A DNA stretch of 52,072 nt, counting the filler, from Sphacelaria rigidula (taxonomy: Eukaryota): NCBI GenBank assembly GCA_964200075.2. It is 4 parts of 4 records of this genome, joined end to end, with 100 filler letters (N's around TTAATTAATTAA, not from the genome) between each part and the next. Parts side by side here need not be neighbours in the genome. Positions count along the whole stretch, not along the records: positions 13,045 to 25,987 come from CAXNAA020003281.1; positions 26,088 to 39,030 come from CAXNAA020003282.1; 2 more parts are not named here. One strand, given 5' to 3'. A model generated the notes under the pieces. The model was given only the letters and a program-made list of their open reading frames with translations, made no database searches and was not told the origin of the DNA. How positions within the stretch are numbered: position 1 is the stretch's first letter; each line of letters opens with the position of its first letter. The translations under genes were made by a program, and so were the position numbers. Positions 24,620 to 37,320 of the stretch are shown here, piece by piece.

Positions 24620-25499
24620 CCGTTGTACACTACTGGAAAACTATCATTTGCATCCTACTGTACTGTTGAATGCGGCAGTGCAAGCCTTGTGCTGTACTGT
24701 CTGCACCGCACGTTGTCCAAGTCATTTTCGGCAGCCGTTGGGTGCAGCATGGCATGTGCATCCCACTCTTGAACGTGGCAGTGCAGACAGTACATTAGTT
24801 CTGCCTAGTGCTGTCTGTATTGCATATTGTCCACATATCTCACATTGTACGCATCATTTTTATTACAGCCGTTCGTAGTACTGTTGTGTGCAAACTGACG
24901 CCTACAGCTTACTGCATGCGACAGCATAGACAGTATCCTGTGATCTCTGCGCTGGTTACTGTCTTTGCTGAAAGTTTTCGAGGGCACGGTCGAGGCCAAA
25001 AAATAATGAACCCCTGACAACATCTCGCGTGCGCCGGGAAAGCCGATCTCGTCTTAAATTGCTCCAAGAGTACATGCCAGGAGAGCCCATCTCGTAAAAT
25101 TTCTCTTATCTTGTACTTTTCTTCCGAGAATCGTGCAAAAGTACGAACCGTAAGTAGCCATCTCGTATTTTTCCCTCTATTTTTGCAAAATACGAGGGAA
25201 AAAGTACGAACCGGAAGAAACAGCTCGAGGTCGGTATATTATTCGTTTTTTTCTGGTGTGTCGGAGATGTGAGAAAATGTGAATGTGCGGATGGCGTGAG
25301 ATATGTGGACAGCGTGCTAGGTAGTACTATACTGTCTGCACTGCCGCATTCAACAGTGGTATGCACACGCCGTGCTGCACCCAACAGCTGCCGAAAATGA
25401 GTTGGACAACGTGCGGTGCAGACAGTACAAGGCTTACACTGCAGAATTCAACCGTACAGTATAATGCAGATGTTAGTTTCCCAGTAGTGTACAACGGTT
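24620..25499. mobile_element. Non-autonomous DNA element with ~200-220-bp terminal inverted repeats
   Basis: 24620-24843 (CCGTTGTACACTACTGG...GTCCACATATCTCAC) is the reverse complement of 25296-25498 (GTGAGATATGTGGAC...CCAGTAGTGTACAACGG). Confidence 0.85.
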
Positions 25500-25611
25500 G
25501 CACCATGTGTAATGACGACGTGCGGTACAGGCGGAATTAAGCAGTACAATACTGTCTGTACTGCCGCATACGGCAACATACATGCGCACATCTCAGGTTG
25601 CAGATGGTACC

Positions 25612-25960
25612 CATCCGGTCGCCCCGGTAGCTGAGTTGGTAACCTCGAAACCTTCTGACTGTCGAGTCGTGGGTTCAAATCTCGGAGCGATCTGGGATTC
25701 CTCACAACATGCCCAACAGTTAAGAGCGACTATGTCGTGGGTACACAAAATTCGACTCAACGGTCGACGAGGGAAAGGGACTGCTGAACCCCTCGCACGA
25801 TAAAAAAATAAAGGCAAGCATCGCAGAAGGAAGGTGGGGAAACATAAAAAAGAAGATAAAACTCCTGTGTTGACCTTCCTGCTGCGTGACCCCGGCTGGT
25901 GCGTCCTCATATTCCGAAAGGTGTAGACCGGCGTCCAGAATAGATGGGACGACAACGCAA
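25612..25960 (+). mobile_element. tRNA-derived SINE (same family as 49385-49750)
   Basis: A box TAGCTGAGTTGG and B box GGTTCAAATCT. The body is shared with 49385-49750 (gggtacacaaaattcgactcaacggtcgacgag...gaaaggtgtagaccg). Confidence 0.8.
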
Positions 25961-25987
25961 CACACGCAGATTGTAATGTACAACAGC

Positions 25988-26087
25988 NNNNNNNNNNNNN
26001 NNNNNNNNNNNNNNNNNNNNNNNNNNNNNNNTTAATTAATTAANNNNNNNNNNNNNNNNNNNNNNNNNNNNNNNNNNNNNNNNNNNN
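25988..26087. other. Artificial scaffold spacer
   Basis: 44 N + TTAATTAATTAA + 44 N. Confidence 0.98.
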
Positions 26088-26171
26088 TTTTCTCCATCCC
26101 CCCACATAGACCGCTCCTCGCCCCCCCGCATTGCGGCAAAAAAACACCCCGCCCCCCCCCCCCCCCCCCCC

Positions 26172-26241
26172 GATAACCCGTTGCATAGCTTACGCAGTGA
26201 GTGACGTGTTTTACAGCGTCGTTGTCAACCGACGCCAGCCC
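26172..26241 (+). repeat. Short interspersed repeat, inverted copy of 51966-52039
   Basis: tagcttacgcagtgagtgacgtgttttacagcgtcgttgtcaaccgacgccagccc matches the reverse complement at 51966-52039. Confidence 0.75.
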
Positions 26242-26526
26242 TAAAAAGGTGGAAGAGGAGGGAGAAGGGAGGCGTCAATCTTTTCCCATTTTTACTCTAT
26301 ATCTCGTCAGCGTACTGTAACTCTTCCTCTCTATTTTTGTCGCCAGTTGTTGTCTTTGCTCTCGGTACAAACGTTATCAGTAGACGTAACTGCTTCGCGT
26401 ACATTCACTCCCCCGTTCGCCCTGCTTCTCCGTCTCACCGACGACTTCTTGACTCAATCGGATTCGTGGTGACGACGGCTTTTGGTCGATGACCCGGTCT
26501 GATCTGGTCCGAAACGATTTGATGCG

Positions 26527-27267
26527 ATGCGGTTCGAGCTCAGTGGGGGCAGTATCCGACCGGGTCTGGACGAGAGCTTTCTCATGGAGATGACGGAGTT
26601 CCTCGGAGCCTTCATGGAGGCAAACCTCGGCAGGGTGTTGGGGATGGGTGAGGCGCGAAACAGGAGGCATGCAACGTGGTGTATCGTGCAAACATACATA
26701 TTGAATACCAAACAATGAGCAACGTGCGATGCAATTTTTCCCCTGCGTAGGCATACACGTAGGGCAACGGAGGACGTAACCCCTCCTCCTGCCGGACCGG
26801 GCTGGGTATTTATTAGCAGCTTTGTTTTTATCGTCCAAATATGACCCTGCTCTTCCGAGAGACGCCCTTTGAAATATTGAACATCCCCCGTCTTACCCAG
26901 CACCGTGTACAAGTTTTTCGGCAGTTTCGTCTTGTTCGGAGGAACAAGAAAGAGACTGTCTTACCGAAAGGTCCGCCCTGAAAAGTATCGCAATCTCTCC
27001 GGCGCCCCACCCCGCGTGGGGTTCCTGTCCTTACCGGGGTTATATTTTGGGTAGTAGCACCGTCGTTCTCGGAGACACAAGAGCCTGCACCACCGAGGTA
27101 TATTTCCAAAGGAGTTGGAACGGATGCAGACCTCAGCAACTTTTGCGCAAACATGAGCTGTTGCTTCTATCTTTTTCTGTTGTTTTCCTTTTTTTTTTCT
27201 TTTTTTGTTCTTGTTTTTTGCTGTTCCTGACCATGGACTGGATTGCTGCAATCAGCTAATGTCAGAT

Positions 27268-27302
<35 letters not shown>

Positions 27303-30300
27303 TAAGGTAGGGGTAGATGCTGTTACTCTCGGAACACAAAATTGGTGTCACCCAGAGAAAATTCTTTACACGCAAGAGTGTGCGAGATAATGACACTCGT
27401 CGTCTATTGTTGAAATATTTTGATGAGATCTTTCTGGCGGCAGGCTGTGCTCTCCCGCAGGAATAACCCCGCACTCGGCGAAGAATCAAGCTTGAAAAAG
27501 CATCATCCCCGAGGGAGGGGATTGTTATTCTCCTTCATGTGTATACGTTGAACTCAGTCTGAGAATGTTTAGCTCTTGGGTTTTGCGCTTTTTGGTGTGC
27601 GTTGCATTAAGTTGGGAAAGCAAAAGTGGTGACGTCGGCGTGGACAAATTGGACATGCCACAGCGTTACAGCGCGAGATTTTTTGAAGTTGGATATTACG
27701 GTAAACGAAGGATTTCGCTATACCGTGGGTCACGGTGTATGTTTATCAGGGGGGCCCGTATGAGCGTGTGTGAATGGTGCTGGTGTGAGAGAGGGCGTGG
27801 TGTCTGTGCTTTATTGTCTAAGTATATTCTCTCTCCTCGATACTGTGACGAGCGACGACCAGTGGTTGCTGTCGTGGGAACAACACGGGTACCGGGACAC
27901 CGGCACGCATTTTCCCACATAAATCCGTAGTTTGTAGTGCCCCAGGTAGTTTGTGACCACGTTAATAGCATGCGTACAATAATTATGAGATTTTGAAGGC
28001 CCGTTGCCGACCTGATTCACGTTGTGTAACGCTCAACAACCTACCTGCCTTGAGCATGGACGTTGACAGGTGCGGGTAATCCTGGAGCACATCTACCAAC
28101 GGCTAGCCGTCGAAACTCTGCTTGTCCCGTTTGGACAAGCTGCGGTCAATAGGCACAGCGTTACAAGAAGGGCGTAAAAGTACACAAGTGCCTGTCGTTC
28201 CGACCGCCCTCGTCTCGACACGCGCGCGTACACATATTCACACGATGCCCCGCGCATTTTTTTCCATCATTTCCATCATTTCCATCTGAATGCACCAGCT
28301 ATTTGAGTTTGTTTGCCCGAATATACGATACGTCAATCTTCTGTTTACAAAATGTAGCCAGCGGTTTGATTTCATTATCTTTTTTCCCACTTTTCTACAA
28401 AATATGCATGTATGCATGTATGTATGTATGTATGTATGTATGTATGTATGTATGTATGTATGTATGTATGTATACATGTATACATGTACTTCGTATACAT
28501 GTACTTCGTATACATGTATACATATGTGGTACTGTGCATACTTAGTGCCATCATCATCGGATTTTTTGTTGCAGGACCAGTGTGGTGTCTGAAAACATGT
28601 TGAGTATTGAATGGATTAATTGTTCTTCTTGACCAATATCCACCGCACAGGAGCATCGCCAGGAAGCCCGGTCGCCGGCGGAAACGGTAGCCAGAAGACA
28701 CGCGGACCCTACCCGATCGCCGAGCTGTTGAGCCTGCTGGCCGCTTTCACCTTCTCTCAGCCCAGGACGGAGGGACTGCAGCGATGTCTTGTCGCCTGGT
28801 CGGCCTTCGTGGCGCAGGCTACGATAGAAGAAGGGGAAGGGAGCGCCGCTGACGTGGAGCGGTCCGCCGCACTCGCGCGGGAAAATGCGGGGGGATTGCA
28901 ATCCGTGTGCAGGGTGAGTGTGCGGTGCGCGTGCGGCAAAATGCTGGATAAATGATCCGGCATGTACACATGCGGAATCATGCGGGGTGACATATCCAGT
29001 GAGATAATGCGGGGCCATATGAGGTATGAGGGATTCTACGGTAGGGGTGCACTTTTTAGTCTATAAGGTTTCTGAGGCTGCACACTAAGGCCCAGATGTT
29101 TGTCATCCAGAGGCTCCGACAGAGCAGAGCCTCAGAACAAAATTGTGCACCCCTACCGTACAATCACTCTAATGTTACTTGTGGGTGCATGCAATATAAA
29201 ATAATAGTATGGTGGTGCGGCGTGAATGTGGTATGCGCTATTCGGTGTAGGGTAATCGTGGATGAAATATCGTTTTCCCGCGTGAGTTTTTTGCTCATTG
29301 TGTGCTTGAGAGATTGCCGGCGGGGGAGCAGGGGCGGGGGCGGGGGAATGAGAGTCGTCGGTGGTGTGCAGGTTGAGTGTCCGTTGTTGGTGTGTATCCG
29401 CTTTGATTACCACTTCTCTCTATGTCCGACCCGCCTACCCACAAGCCCAAGATTCGTTCATCTTGGGCATTTTTTTTGTCATCCTCTATCTCTGCCCAGC
29501 GTGGTATCCTTGTTACCGGGGAGGCGTCGCGGCCTGCCCCACCACTATCAGTCCTCTACACACACCAGTCTCGCCTTCCAGCAATACTTGTCCAACTCTT
29601 ATCCACGAGGTGTTGTACACGTCCTGCGACGCTCACTCAAAGTAAAATCCTACTACCAGAGCACCCATTGCCCAGAGTAAGGTGGAAGTGCGTCCGCAGC
29701 CTGCTGTACATGGGTCCTTCTTACATGGCATTGTCTACCTCTGTGTGTATGCTGTTAAGGCCTTGTTAACTGCTGTCGTACCCCGGTGCTCCGCCGATGT
29801 TCCGAGCGGGTGTAGCACAGAACCCGCACCCCGAGGAAGAAACGCCTCATTTCATTCGAGCATGCCTTGCCTCTTGTCAAACATGAGAGGAATTCATGTG
29901 TGGTTGCCGAAAAAAGGAGCCCTCGTCGTCATGTTTTTTTTGTTTATTGTGATATTTCATAATCAACGTTCACAAGCCCACTATGTTGCTACTTCTATAG
30001 AGGTCATTTTGTCGATCATTGCTACTGTAGTGACATGAACGCATCAACGTGTGACGTGTGAATTACTCATGTCTTTTTGATAGGAGTCGGTTTTCAACCT
30101 GCGGGCACTCTTTTTTTCAAGTGCACTAGGCTGCACAGAAACACACGCCGAACATATCATGATTCGCCTGAAAATGACTTCTCAGTATACTGATTCGGAT
30201 CATGATCCGCCTCATTTGGCCCCCCTTTCCCATGTTTGCTCCTTACAGCGCCGGACGCTGAGCACGCCGAGTAGTGCAAAGGTTGCGCCTAGGCTTTTCT

Positions 30301-33300
30301 GACTCCGCGGTCACATATTTTGTGTTTTTGGACTAACGGGTTCGGGAGCCTTCTTTGACCAGTTGTTTCAGACAGAGCATGGTGTGTCCGAGGTGTGCAC
30401 AGGAATGAATGCCGTTTTCTTGATTGCGCCGCGTGGGATCATGGTGTCGTTCGTGTGCCATACCCGGGAGTGAAAAATGATTTACATGTGTGCCGTGTCT
30501 CAGCGTTACGCTTGCTTTTGTTGCATAATATCCTTCTGTTGTCACCCGGTGCATAACACACTTGGTTTAAAAAACGCTCACAAAATTTCCTACACTTGTG
30601 TTCGGTAGCCGCTGGCTATGTTTATGGTCTTGAATCCCTTGATAAGTGCCTGTGTGTAGACGCTTTTGGGAGAATGGTTGTGTGTGCTCGGGAGTAAGCC
30701 GATGTCTTGCTTGCAAAAACCCTAGGAAGCCGTTCCGAGAAGAAATTCACCGCTTTAGCGCCATCATTACATACGAAGCATTTATTGCGGCTATTTCTCG
30801 CGCAGGCTCTCTTGGAAAAGTCGTTGTTCGTGACGAACGGACCCGGCTTGGACGAACTGGACGACGAGGGTGAGGAAGGCGACGGAGCCGGCGGCAGCGG
30901 CAGCAGCAGCAGCACCGACGGCGACAACGATTGGGAGCAGGAGGACGGGGGAGCGGCCGGAAAGCAAGCTGCAGCCGGCGGAAGCGTGAGCGAACTCAAG
31001 GTGTGTTTGTGGCGTGCGGTGTTACGGAAGCTTGCGTGATCGACCGATCTCTTGATCGCCGCACATACAACTGATATGTTGTGAATGCAGCTGTTGTCGT
31101 AAGATATACGTGTGCCATAGCCGCTGTACAAGCTGTATACATTACTCGGGGCGATGTGAAAGGCCAAACTTAATTTTCTTGTCGGACCCTGCGGCGGCCG
31201 CGGCTCCGAAAGTCGTTTCGTTGGGAACGTCTCGAGATGTTTCGGTGACAGATCTTACCATGGCAGGGCTAGACCTTCACTCCTTGTGGAGGGAATCGAG
31301 GTTGTATGTTTTTTTATCACCCCGGGTGATGTACTCCGTCACCTACGGCAAGGTGTGGGAAAACGCCGCCGGTAGTTTTCAGGTTTCTGGGATAAAGCAC
31401 GGAGGGCGTCGTCGCCTGTTGCTCCTAGTGTGTATTTTGAGTGTGTGTATGTGTGCTTTTCTGTTTGCTGTTGTCACTGTTTTTCTCAGTCATTTTTGTT
31501 CGTAGTGAGTAGTCCTTTGCGCTTGTGCGTTTTGCCTGAAAGTCTGATAGGATAAATCGGGGTGAGGCAGCAGTAAAAAATGATTTATGATGATTGTCCC
31601 AAGAAATGGAAAAGCTTGCCCCTGTAGCGTGCTTCACTGGAAATGTTAGGCCGCCGCACTTCGTTGGTCTAATGGTATACCTGACACCATGAGGGTAGGA
31701 AGAACGCGGCTCTGATTCCTGCCAGATGTGTTTTGGTGTTTTCCTGGAGGTGAAGGATCTGATTTCCGTCGTTGAAAGGGAAAGCGTGAGGACGCACGTG
31801 AGTAGCAAATATACTTTGTTTGACTGTGTTGGTTCGACGAGAGTTGACGTGATGCGGAAGTGCTGGTCATGATCCAAACCAGGGGACCGACATGTAGGTC
31901 GTGTGCTTGGAGAGAGGGAGAGAGATGGATTGATCCCTTGAGACGACGGACTTGTCCCGAGGTAGGGGAGGAGTTGAAAGTGTGACTGAAAACAAACAAA
32001 AAAGTTGAACGATAGATGGGCTGAGGGATAGAGATACGTGGGCTTCGTTGGCGTTTTTTTTTTTTATCTTGGTTGTTGCCGGAAAAAATATTTTATTTCA
32101 TTTCTTGTCCGTTATGAGTAGTTCTTCGTGCTTCTGCGTTTTACTTGAGCTTGAGGGAAGGAATCAAGGTAATGTGGAATCTTGTGAAGCGTTGGGAGGT
32201 TCCCCCTGTCCCGTTCTTCAGTACTTGACAATGCGACAATGAAGTGAATCAACTCAATCGAGTTAAAGCGCGAAAAATAATTGTTCAAGGGCAGATAGGC
32301 TGCGGTAGTGCTAATCCGATGTTTGGTGGTGAGGTACACGGCAGATGCTGAGGGAGAGGTGTCTTGATCCCTTGAGTGATCACGGACTGAATGTCACGAG
32401 AGACGGATACTATTGTTCCGAGTTTTACTTCAACGATGTAAATTCATGTTTGAACGATAGTCTTTGGCTTTTAGCACAAGCTCTCCTGCGACTTCACCAA
32501 CCACTTCCCACACCAAACTATATTTCGAAGCATGACCGTGCTTCGTCCCACTACTGTCGGACTTGCCTAGAGTTTCCCTTTCCCTGTGAGGAAGGAGAAG
32601 GGTGAGTGGCGCATTTGGAAAATCGTATTCCTCGTCTTCTCCAGGACTCATGTTCAAGTACCTTACAGCTAAGCATGCGAAGCACCAGGACAAGTGCTCG
32701 ATCCCACCCCTTCCCGCCTGTTGCGATTCATGTTGCGCCCCTAGCACCCCGTTTACACCATCCGTTGCAGAACGCTGGGCTGAGAACGTGCCGAAAGGTA
32801 CTTCCTCATTGTTATACTATACCATGTGCTTTACACCTATTGCTCGTAATTGCATGCGCTGCACTCCATGCCCACCTTCAACCCTTTTCCACTTCGTAAA
32901 TCATGTGCTATTTATGCCTAGCCTATTTATGATCTAGTGGGTGAAAAAATGGGTGGGCTTATCGTGAGGGTAAATCGTCTGAAGCTATTAAAGCGTCTTC
33001 GAAAGTCAGGCGATTTGTTGATTTTTTCGTAGGATGCAAAAAGCGCAGACTGTATCCAAGTCGAGCGACCCACGTCTCCTTTAGCCCCCTTGCTTCCGCT
33101 CCCGTGCGCTCTCTATTCTTCTCCCACCTACCCGTCCAACTTCCTTCGTCCTCTTCCGAAAACGAACCAAAACAGGAATTCGTAGCCGAAGTGCGAGACG
33201 TCCTGCTGGCGTCTTCCCGAGTCCCAGGAGTCGGTGCCGCTCTCTCTGAGAACGTTCTCGGAGCATTCTCCACGGTCCTGGAACAGCTCGGCTCCGCATC

Positions 33301-34461
33301 GTCCTCAACGCCCCCGCCAGCATCACCCACCCCGTCCTCGACTACCTCCGCTACCGCCGCGCTGCAGGCCCGCCGCCTCGCCGCCGATGCAGCAACGCTC
33401 TGCGCGCTGATGCCAGTGACGGCAGCGGCTGCGGCGGAGGAGGGGGCGGCCGGGGGGAGTGGCGGTGGTGGTGGTGGACTGATTTTGAGAGCGGGCCAGG
33501 CGGTGGTGGAGGCTGCTGGGGCGATGGCCACAGCGGGGTTGCATGGTCGGGGCCCGGAGTTTGCGTCTTTGCAGGTGAGAAGGGAGGGAGAGAAGGAGGG
33601 AAGCAGGAGGAGGATGAAGTTGTTTGAGCAAGTGACCGTATACCTGGACTGTTGTAGTGGAAGTAGAGATGGATAGCCAAGGTCGGCGGTGGTATACAAG
33701 CACTTATCGGATACATGCAACTTTTGATAAAAAGGGAAATAAGAAGAGGCACATGAAGATCGATGGAGAGATAGTGAGAGAGAGGTGACAGGGAGCGAGA
33801 AAGACAGACAAAAACAGACACAGAACAAACTCAGACACCCACTGAGGAAGGGACAGGCAGAAAGAGAGACATACAAGGAGAGAAGCAGAGAGATTTCCAC
33901 AATGTGGGCCCACATCTTGGTGGATCTACTTGTACTGTTTTCACACCCTGGACAATAGATGACATTGTAAAAAAATGTACTGCGTACAGTATGGGATGTA
34001 TTGTCTATTGCAATAGATAATACATCCCATACTGTACGCAGTATATTTTTTGGTAATGCAATCTATTGTCCAGGGTGTGACTGTTTTTGATATTTTGGCT
34101 GTCTCCTGGGCAAAAAATGTGATTGTTGAAAATTTAGCGTATCATTCGTGATCCTAAAGCATGCATACATTTTACGCTTGTCGAGTACCTCCCCTCCCCT
34201 GCTTCGGCAAAAACCAATTCGGAGAACATGTTCAGTGGGCGGTACCGGGAGGGCGTGCGTATGTCTGAGTGTGGTCGGTTGCTCCTATCTCAGTGTCTGC
34301 ACGGCATGCACGTCCGTGAGCGAATACTGCCGTCCCATATCTTGTGCTGTCGCATCCGATTGTCCAGGCGGCTGCTTTGGGGGCTATCTCTTCCCTTCTC
34401 CCTGGGTTGGCGGGCGGAGCTGTGGCGGGTGATGGCGGGGATGCTCAAGCCACGTACGTTG

Positions 34462-34507
<46 letters not shown>

Positions 34508-36501
34508 GCGTGTACGTACTCAATCAGCGTTAGAGTGACCTATCGTTTTGTATTAATTACATCACCACTACTGCTTCAGCTGTATCGTGGGGACCAACAT
34601 GCTATAAAATGCCCCGCCCAATCGTGGTAGCTTGGATATAGATTTCTTGTCATTGTCTCAGAGGATAAAGGCATCTCTCCCCTGCTAAATGTGCTGTCGA
34701 GCACCCCATCAGCACCGTCGGAGACCGCTGGTCGAATTTCACCGTTTTTCATTTTTGACACGTATGGCAAGCATGATCATGAGTACACCCCCCCCCCCCC
34801 CCTTCCTTTCTTCCTTCCGATATCTTTCATTTTCGTCCTTTTTCAAGGAAATCTCTTCAGCAAGTGTTTTGTCCGCTCATTTTTACCTTGCGTACGTCTA
34901 CCTTGTGAAGCACGAATTGACAAGACACTCGTGGTGGATCAGTTCATGCACGACATCATGTACAGATCATGCAGTCATATCAGTGGATCAATCAGATACA
35001 TGGATGAATCCATCAAACAAGCCAGAGTCGTGGAAACGGCCGCCGTTGTTTTGGATCACAGTGTATGTGTGTATGTGTGTGTCCACTAGGGCTATCGCCG
35101 AGGCAGTAGTATCGTTGGTGAGGCAATGTTGGGACGGCGGAGCGGCGACATCAGGCCCGGTGCCCGCGGCAGCGGGACGGCTCTTTCTATCGTTAACGAG
35201 CGTGCTTCCGCCGTCGGCGCTCTCGGGAAGTGCCGCGGTGGCATCGCTGCTCAAGGACACTAGCCAGGTGAGCAACTGGCGAAATAATATTTTGTGCGTG
35301 TGTGACTCTTTTCGTCGTTTTTTCCTGATTATTCTTACGTGCTTTTTAATGCTGATTTTCGTTCAGGTGTCGATAATCTTGTCCGTGATTTTGAAGAAGT
35401 AGGTGACGATTCTTCAAGAAAGGGGACCTCGTTGTTGCGTCGTATTCCGACCAACCTTTGCTGGCCGCTCGCTCATGCTTTCCGTGGCATCGTGAGTCAG
35501 ACTAACTACCCTAGCAACAAAGCACATGAACACGGACTCATTTTTTAGTTCTGAAGTACTTGTACACCCCCGTGCAAACGTCATGTCGGCGCACGAGATG
35601 GCATATCTTCCAGCTTCTGCACCACGTCCAAACTTCTTTAGCTCCAAATTTGAAGGGGAGAGGGGGGGGGGGGGTGGTACCCATTTGTTGCTTGCCTTAG
35701 TCCTTTGACCGTTGACCACGCACCCCTTTCGAGGCAGGGCACCAATTTAGAGGGGGAGGGGAGTCGGTTACTCCACATCCAAGCAACTAGGCCGCCAGAC
35801 GTTGTGAGACTCCTGAAGATCAAGTTGGTCAAAAGGGTTGAAAAGTGCGTTCCTGGACTCAGAGCATGGATGTATACTGTTTTCGAATGCTTGGTATGAG
35901 CCAACACCGAGTCAGAAATATCGAACTGATGCGGTAATCGGAAACAACACCGAGCGGTTGGAGTCACAGGGAAAACGTGTCGCACCCTGTAGAGGGATGT
36001 AAGCAAAATATCAGCTCATCAAACCAGTTGCCTACGGGCTGTACATGGCTACTGCAGTTCAGCTGCTTGCGAAGGCCTTCATACCCCTTTCATGATGGTT
36101 TCCGTCGATTCCATTTTTTTAGAAGGTTACAATAGGAAGAGGGAAGGAGGGGGGGGGGATGCAGTAACTGAAAGATATACCACTCCTTGATCGGCGTCCA
36201 ATCACTCCCCTCCACACATTGCCATATTCACTCTGGCTTCGAAGAACCCCCTTCCTCAGCGGTTACTGTTCTCACTGCTATGGTTACCCCATTTCACACG
36301 TTTTGTTGTCGCTGATTGCTCACAACGCCAGTGACTGTGCCTTTCGTCAAGTCTCACGGGTACTGTTGTACTTTTGTGCTGAACAACGTGCCCCGACGAC
36401 AGGTGGCGTCGGTCTTGCCCGTTGACGCACGTGTACTTCTCTACCGTGGCTTGTCGGCGTTCCTTATGCCTCCGAGGCTTCTCGAGGGCGATATGGCGAG
36501 G
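26527..36501 (+). CDS. XPO6: Exportin-6 homolog, partial (middle exons): ~26527-26647 (5' edge uncertain), 28651-28913, 30806-31000, 33176-33574, 34368-34453, 35090-35267, 36403-36501
   Basis: All six introns are GT-AG and phases chain consistently (1,0,0,0,2,0). The peptides LDESFLMEMTEFLGAFMEANLGRV, YPIAELLSLLAAFTFSQPRTEGLQRCLVAWSAF, LFVTNGPGLDELDDE and LPVDARVLLYRGLSAFLMPP follow, in order, the animal XPO6 blocks as I recall them (LDESYIEKFTDFLRLFVSVHLRRI, FPVVEFLTLLFKYTFHQPTHEGYFSCLDIW, QFRYNQAQLEELDDE, LVDKAQVLVCRALSNILLLP). Confidence 0.85.
27267..27302 (+). repeat. (CAAT)n microsatellite
   Basis: Directly visible. Confidence 0.95.
28404..28525 (+). repeat. (TATG)n microsatellite with degenerate tail, intronic
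   Basis: Directly visible. Confidence 0.95.
33942..34079. mobile_element. 138-bp palindromic MITE with 8-bp target-site duplication
   Basis: Ends are CACACCCTGGACAATAGAT and ATCTATTGTCCAGGGTGTG, and almost the whole element is self-complementary. ACTGTTTT flanks both sides (33934-33941, 34080-34087). Confidence 0.9.
34458..34508 (+). repeat. (TGT)n microsatellite just after the exon donor
   Basis: Directly visible. Confidence 0.95.
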
Positions 36502-37104
36502 GTGAGCTGAGTTCTTGTATTCAGATCAGACGCGAGAGCCTCATCCCAAGCCAAGTTTTTCGTTCAAGTCTGATGAAACACGTGCAAGAAATATTCCTGG
36601 ACGTTGCTTGAAACTTTCACCGCGATATATGGACGGTTTCCGTGGTTCCGCGGATATTTACGAAAGTTCGGTACCGTATCGTAGCGCGGAAATTGCAAGG
36701 CTATGAATGCAATAGCTCAAGAGTACCGTGTCGTGCAGATGAAACTGAACATCCTTTCCATACTTTGATGGTGCCGACAACATTTTTCGAAAATTGGAGA
36801 AAGGGTGACATGTTCGGCTCAAGGGAAACCATGACGCCATGAATTTGATGACCTCTAGTTGAGTCCTGAGGAATGCATTCCTTTGATGTTCTTTCCATTT
36901 AAGTTTGTTTCGCTCGTCATTTCCCCCCTCCGAGGTTCTCTTTCTGTGCCTGGTCGGTGACTATCGAGATCCCGGTGGAGCATTGACCCACGATGTGCAC
37001 ATGAACTTATGCAGCGAGGTACATACAGCCTCACAGGTGGCATGCCAAAAACCGCGTCTCCGTTTGTACGGTATTAACGTCTCCGATTCCCGCGGTAAGC
37101 GCAG

Positions 37105-37320
37105 TCGTCCGGTCCCGTGTGGCACGGTGTCCGGTCCCGTGTGGTACGGTGTCTAGTCCCGTGTGGTACCGCACCGTACCGCACTTTCGGGAAACCAGAT
37201 ACCGTGGTACCAACCGAGACCAAGGTAACACCATACTACCCCACACCATACCGCACTGTACACATATCGCACGCCATGTACCGCAGTGATGACGTTAAAA
37301 TCAAGTACCGTACCATGCAA
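37105..37320. repeat. Low-complexity GTACCG / GTCCCGTGTGG repeat cluster
   Basis: gtcccgtgtgg occurs three times at ~23-bp spacing, with many gtaccg/ataccg words nearby. Confidence 0.7.

Noticed and set aside
25612-25690. Possible tRNA genes here, at 49390 and at 18580-18646
   Set aside because: A and B boxes are present, but I cannot fold a cloverleaf, and homology extends ~300 bp beyond the head, so these are SINEs.
28238-28701. ORFs with YVCM/HTYI repeats, and poly-Q/C/L/V ORFs at 34228-34538 and 38831-39082
   Set aside because: These are translations of microsatellites. Only 34368-34453 is a real exon.
32959-33915. 318-aa minus-strand ORF
   Set aside because: Antisense of the GC-rich XPO6 exon plus low-complexity intron sequence.
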